A DNA stretch of 26,841 bases from a virus (lineage: Duplodnaviria > Caudoviricetes), in IMG/VR virus record IMGVR_UViG_3300010376_000113, positions 1-26,841 of that record, one strand, 5' to 3'. The notes beneath the pieces were generated by a model. That model had not been told where the DNA came from, searched no databases, and was given only the letters and a program-made list of their open reading frames with translations. A program made the translations under genes and the position numbers. Position 1 is the stretch's first letter. Every line of letters begins with the position of its first letter. Below are positions 23,427 to 26,841 of the stretch, one piece after another.

Positions 23427-24029
23427 CTAGCGCTTCAGTTTGGCCAGCTCGCGGACCCAGCCGTCCAGGCGGGTGTTCCCCCGCGCCCTCGGTCGTTCCG
23501 CGGTGCGCACCAGGGCGACCTCCGCCCCGGCGAACGCCGGCGTCGGTGTCAACGACACCTCCAGCAGCCGGGACTCCATCCGGGTCACCCGGTCCTTGCG
23601 GCCCACATCGGGGTTCCACTCCTCGTCGGAGAGGTATTCCCAGTCGGAGCGGACCGGCTGGAACCCGATCGACATGCCGGTCAGGTCGCCGGCGTTGGCC
23701 AGCGCCGCGGCCTGCTGGGCTTCGGGCAGCTCGTTGAGCCGCCACACCCCGTTCAGGCCGCCCTCGTCGGACCGCCACTGCTCGACGTGGCCGATCGGCC
23801 ACCGCTGGTTGTTGTGGAACAGCAACAAAGGCAGGTTCTGGCCGGACCCGGCCCTCGTGGTCTGGTCCAGCGAGCCGGGGGCGTGCTGCTCGAGGAAGAA
23901 GCCGATGTCGGCCCACTCGTGGTAGGGCACGGCCCGGCCCTCCAGAAACTTGTACGGCCGGCCGATCAGCTGGGTGTCGCGCAGGGCCAGCGGCGACTCG
24001 AACACCCGGCGCTCGGGGATGTTGATCAC
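23427..24029 (-). CDS. HK97-family prohead protease
   Basis: LEGRAVPY, LLLFHN..PIG, GMSIGF, LLEVSLT.TPAF; GTG 24029 overlaps the portal stop. Confidence 0.92.
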   Translation of the reverse strand: MINIPERRVFESPLALRDTQLIGRPYKFLEGRAVPYHEWADIGFFLEQHAPGSLDQTTRAGSGQNLPLLLFHNNQRWPIGHVEQWRSDEGGLNGVWRLNELPEAQQAAALANAGDLTGMSIGFQPVRSDWEYLSDEEWNPDVGRKDRVTRMESRLLEVSLTPTPAFAGAEVALVRTAERPRARGNTRLDGWVRELAKLKR

Positions 24030-25246
24030 TGGTTCGCACCTCCAGACTGGCCCGCGGTTTCGTCGGGCTCGGCCGCCGGCGGCGCCGCCGGGGCGGGCGG
24101 CGGCTCCGGTTTCTGGTATTCGATGGACGGCAGCGGCACCCCCAGCAGCATCTGCCAGGCCATCTCCCCGGTCACGATCCCGGCCGAGGTCAGCAACTGC
24201 AACGCCTGGGCGGTGGTGGGCAGATCCTCCGCCAAAAGCTTGTTCCGGTCGAACCGCACCTGGGTGCCGCGCGGGAACCAGGCGTCGGACCACACCTGCT
24301 CGAAATCGGCCAGCACCGGCTCCAGCGACGTCCGCAAGATCTGCTGGTATTGGGGGGCGGCGGTCTTGTACGTCATGCCCTGCACCGCCGCCCCCAGCCA
24401 GTAGGAGTCCAGGTTGAACATGTTGGCGACGTCGGTCAGCGTCATCTTGCGGGCCTCGGTCAGCTGCGTGTCCGACGGCGACCAGGCCAGCGGCTGCACC
24501 TGGGTGCCGGCCGGCAGGATCACCGGCTCCCGGGTCGGCCCGGCGAACTTGGCCAGCCACGCCGCCTTGGCGTCGTCGGCCACATCCTGGGGGATCGACG
24601 CCTGCGGGGCGATCACCGCCACGCTGGGCACGGCGCCGCCGGCCAGCGCCGAGCGCTCGTACTCCTCCTCCATGGCCGCCCGGTCCAGCGACGACAGGTA
24701 CTCCTCGACCACCCCGACGCCGCGCACCGGGTAGAACCGGTCGACACCCCGGGCGATATGGATCACGTCCTCGGTGGGCAGCACCTGGCCGTAGTAGGTG
24801 TACGACACGTTCTGGGGGTCGCCGGCCATCCAGGTGATATACACCCAGGTGATCGGCAGGTACATGACCGCCAGCGGCCAGCCGTCGGCGCCGCGGGCGG
24901 TGACCAGCGACACCGTGTTCCCCGACAGCAGGTAGTCCTCGACGGAGCACTGGATGTAGCGCGACCGGGGCCAGATCACGTTCGGGTCCGGGCTTTCGAG
25001 CAGCCGCGGCCGGGGCGACACCGCCTGCCCGCCCTTGTAGGCGTCCAGCGGCATCTGCTTGGTCATCCCGCCGTACAACTGGATGGCCCGGCCCACCGCC
25101 GGGATATGCCGGGCGGTGGTGGCATCCCACACGTACGCCCCGGGCAGCCCCCACCCCGACCCCGACACCGGCGGCGGCAGCAGCGGCCCCGAATCGCGCG
25201 GCGTCACCTGCCGGCCCACCGACCACGGCGCCGCCAGCGTGCTCAC
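24026..25246 (-). CDS. Portal protein (HK97 type)
   Basis: IPAVGRAIQL, YLLSGN, EDVIHI, QLTEARK...VANMFNL, VRFD...LL. Confidence 0.92.
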   Translation of the reverse strand: MSTLAAPWSVGRQVTPRDSGPLLPPPVSGSGWGLPGAYVWDATTARHIPAVGRAIQLYGGMTKQMPLDAYKGGQAVSPRPRLLESPDPNVIWPRSRYIQCSVEDYLLSGNTVSLVTARGADGWPLAVMYLPITWVYITWMAGDPQNVSYTYYGQVLPTEDVIHIARGVDRFYPVRGVGVVEEYLSSLDRAAMEEEYERSALAGGAVPSVAVIAPQASIPQDVADDAKAAWLAKFAGPTREPVILPAGTQVQPLAWSPSDTQLTEARKMTLTDVANMFNLDSYWLGAAVQGMTYKTAAPQYQQILRTSLEPVLADFEQVWSDAWFPRGTQVRFDRNKLLAEDLPTTAQALQLLTSAGIVTGEMAWQMLLGVPLPSIEYQKPEPPPAPAAPPAAEPDETAGQSGGANQ

Positions 25247-25254
25247 CCGGCGGC

Positions 25255-25668
25255 CTACACGTAGGTGAAGTTAGGGCCGGTGATGTTCCCCCCCGACGAG
25301 CGGACCACCACCACCGCCGCCGCCCCGACCGCGTGCGCCGGCGCCACGCAGGTGATCGCGTCCTGGTTGGTGTTCACCACCACCGCGGTGGCCGCCGTAC
25401 CCCCGAAGGTCACCCCGGTCACGTTCTGGAACCCGAACCCGCCGATCGTCACCGCCGTGCCGCCCGCGGCCGGGCCGGTAATCGGGGTCACCGACTGCAC
25501 CACCCCGGTCAGCGCGATGTTCTTGGCCACCGGGCGCCACACCAGCGCCGAGACGGCGTCGATCACCCAGCAGTTCGGCTGCCCCTTGATCTGCGGGACG
25601 TCGGTGCCCGGCGTCGTGTACGTCGTCCACACCCACGACCCGGTGTCCTGTTTCACCGAATGCGTCAT
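25255..25668 (-). CDS. IPT/TIG (Ig-like) domain protein
   Basis: VQSVTPITGPAAGGTAVTIGGFGF..VTFGGTAAT...ITCVAPAH.VG...FTY. Confidence 0.85.
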   Translation of the reverse strand: MTHSVKQDTGSWVWTTYTTPGTDVPQIKGQPNCWVIDAVSALVWRPVAKNIALTGVVQSVTPITGPAAGGTAVTIGGFGFQNVTGVTFGGTAATAVVVNTNQDAITCVAPAHAVGAAAVVVVRSSGGNITGPNFTYV

Positions 25669-25677
25669 CGCGCCGGG

Positions 25678-25686
25678 ATGTTACCA
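25678..25686 (-). promoter_or_regulatory. Possible extended -10 promoter ahead of the IPT/portal/head genes
   Basis: TGG-TAACAT in a locally AT-richer gap, 9 nt before ATG 25668. Confidence 0.35.
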
Positions 25687-25721
25687 GCCAGTCAACTAAC
25701 AGTGGGGAATAGGCCGATTTG

Positions 25722-26841
25722 TCACAGAATACGGAACTCGCCGAGCGCCGCCGGGGCGTGATCGAACGCCCACACCGCCACCGTCGCCGCCGTCAGACAC
25801 GCCAAACTCCCCGACGACTGGCGCCGCCCCCACGCCCAGGCGTCCCCCAGAGCCCTCCGTACGGCGCTGTGCGCCGCCGAATCCAACGCCGGGTGCTGCC
25901 GGTACCGAACGGCCGGCTCGGGGGCGCACAGGCCCTCCAGCAGCCCGGCGCAGGCCGCCGCATACTCCTTCGCCTTCAGGCCTACCGGCGCCAGCCCCGA
26001 CCGCTCGAGGGCGTCGCCGATATCCAAAGCCGGGCCGGCCGCGTCATACGCCACCACCAGCGGCCGCCACCGCTCGCCCAGCTCGGCCAGCCGGTCCACC
26101 AGCCACCCGCAGCCCGGCCGATGATCCGCCACCTCCACATGCGCCACCCCCACCTCGTCCCGCCACGCCGCCACGATCGCCGCGTCCGACCGGTCCACCG
26201 CCACATCGAAAGCGAGAGCGACCCGGCCGGCCTCCGGGAGATCGGCCGGGTCCTCGCCGGCCCGCCGCCACGCCTCCAACGGGATCACCCGCGCCACCGT
26301 CGACACCCACCGGTTCCCGTAGGCCCGGGCGAACTCGTCCGGGCCGAACTGATCCAACGCCGCCTGCATCGACTCCGCCCCCACCGTCCGCCCGAAGGCC
26401 GGATGGTACAACGGCCATGAGACCGCATCCGCCGGATCCAGATCCTCGCCGCAGGACCACTCGAAATACGCCACCCCGCTCGTCCGCCCGCTCTTGACCG
26501 CCGCCCGGCCCGCCTCCACCGACCCCAGCCACCACGTCGACGAGGCGTCACCGGCCGTCGACACCTTCCACACCTGGGCGTTCGGCCGGGTCGCCTGCGT
26601 CGGCACGATGGCCTGATCCAGCTGGCCGCCCCGCACCGGGTCGAACGCCCACGGCTCGTCCACCACCACCAGATCGCTGACCTTGCCGTGCAAACCGTCC
26701 GGGGTCGGCGGGAACGGGCGGATCAGCCCGCCCGACGGCAGCCACTTGATGTGCTCCGACCCGGCCGCCCGCCGCAAATGCACCTTCGGCACGAACGGCG
26801 CCAACAGCGGCCAATGCTCGTTGATCAACCAGTCCACCGCA
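25722..26841 (-). CDS. terL: Terminase large subunit (5' part outside window)
   Basis: Walker B LVVVDE, coupling motif STAG, nuclease LAFDV, AYD; upstream of portal. Confidence 0.92.
   Translation of the reverse strand, partial: AVDWLINEHWPLLAPFVPKVHLRRAAGSEHIKWLPSGGLIRPFPPTPDGLHGKVSDLVVVDEPWAFDPVRGGQLDQAIVPTQATRPNAQVWKVSTAGDASSTWWLGSVEAGRAAVKSGRTSGVAYFEWSCGEDLDPADAVSWPLYHPAFGRTVGAESMQAALDQFGPDEFARAYGNRWVSTVARVIPLEAWRRAGEDPADLPEAGRVALAFDVAVDRSDAAIVAAWRDEVGVAHVEVADHRPGCGWLVDRLAELGERWRPLVVAYDAAGPALDIGDALERSGLAPVGLKAKEYAAACAGLLEGLCAPEPAVRYRQHPALDSAAHSAVRRALGDAWAWGRRQSSGSLACLTAATVAVWAFDHAPAALGEFRIL

Larger units (their letters stand above)
1..26841 (-). mobile_element. Temperate tailed phage (siphovirus-type, HK97-like head) genome or prophage, likely actinobacterial host; both ends cut mid-gene
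   Basis: Canonical order terL-portal-protease-capsid-connector-tail-TMP-tail tip, plus lysin, integrase, divergent repressor/Cro pair, recombinase and replication genes; no host housekeeping genes seen. Confidence 0.95.

Noticed and set aside
5241-25226. Long R/P/G-rich N-terminal extensions in track ORFs (5241..6767, 5729..6550, 14871..16691, 16151..18283, 21170..23371, 23427..25226)
   Set aside because: Off-frame read-through of upstream genes; true starts placed at ATGA/GTGA overlaps
10844-26420. Many long plus-strand ORFs (e.g. 17752..19608, 21496..23430, 14865..16163, 16331..17656)
   Set aside because: Antisense shadows of recognisable minus-strand phage genes, expected in GC-rich DNA; no motifs

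Overview
GC-rich, near-complete genome (or prophage) of a small temperate siphovirus, probably infecting an actinobacterium. Almost all genes are on the minus strand and translationally coupled through ATGA/GTGA overlaps. Read right to left: terminase large subunit (cut by the window edge), an Ig-like IPT/TIG gene, portal, HK97 protease, capsid, connector and tail genes, tape measure, tail tip proteins, endolysin, beta-helix tailspike, and membrane/collagen lysis genes. Next is a plus-strand island (repressor, HTH protein, short tyrosine recombinase, membrane protein). The early operon follows: Cro-like, Bet/RecT, AlpA/Xis, DNA methylase, accessory genes, HNH/VRR-NUC nuclease, a DnaA-domain-IV protein and a wHTH replication initiator containing iterons and a DnaA box. 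The most striking element is a non-coding module at about 2860-3090. It holds a tRNA with a serine-type body but an isoleucine (GAU) anticodon. Directly downstream is a short element with its own putative promoter and terminator that is antisense to that tRNA's anticodon stem and variable arm. This is a candidate mistranslating-tRNA / anti-tRNA RNA toxin-antitoxin or switch, next to dif-like recombination sites. All calls come from motif recognition by eye; no searches were run.
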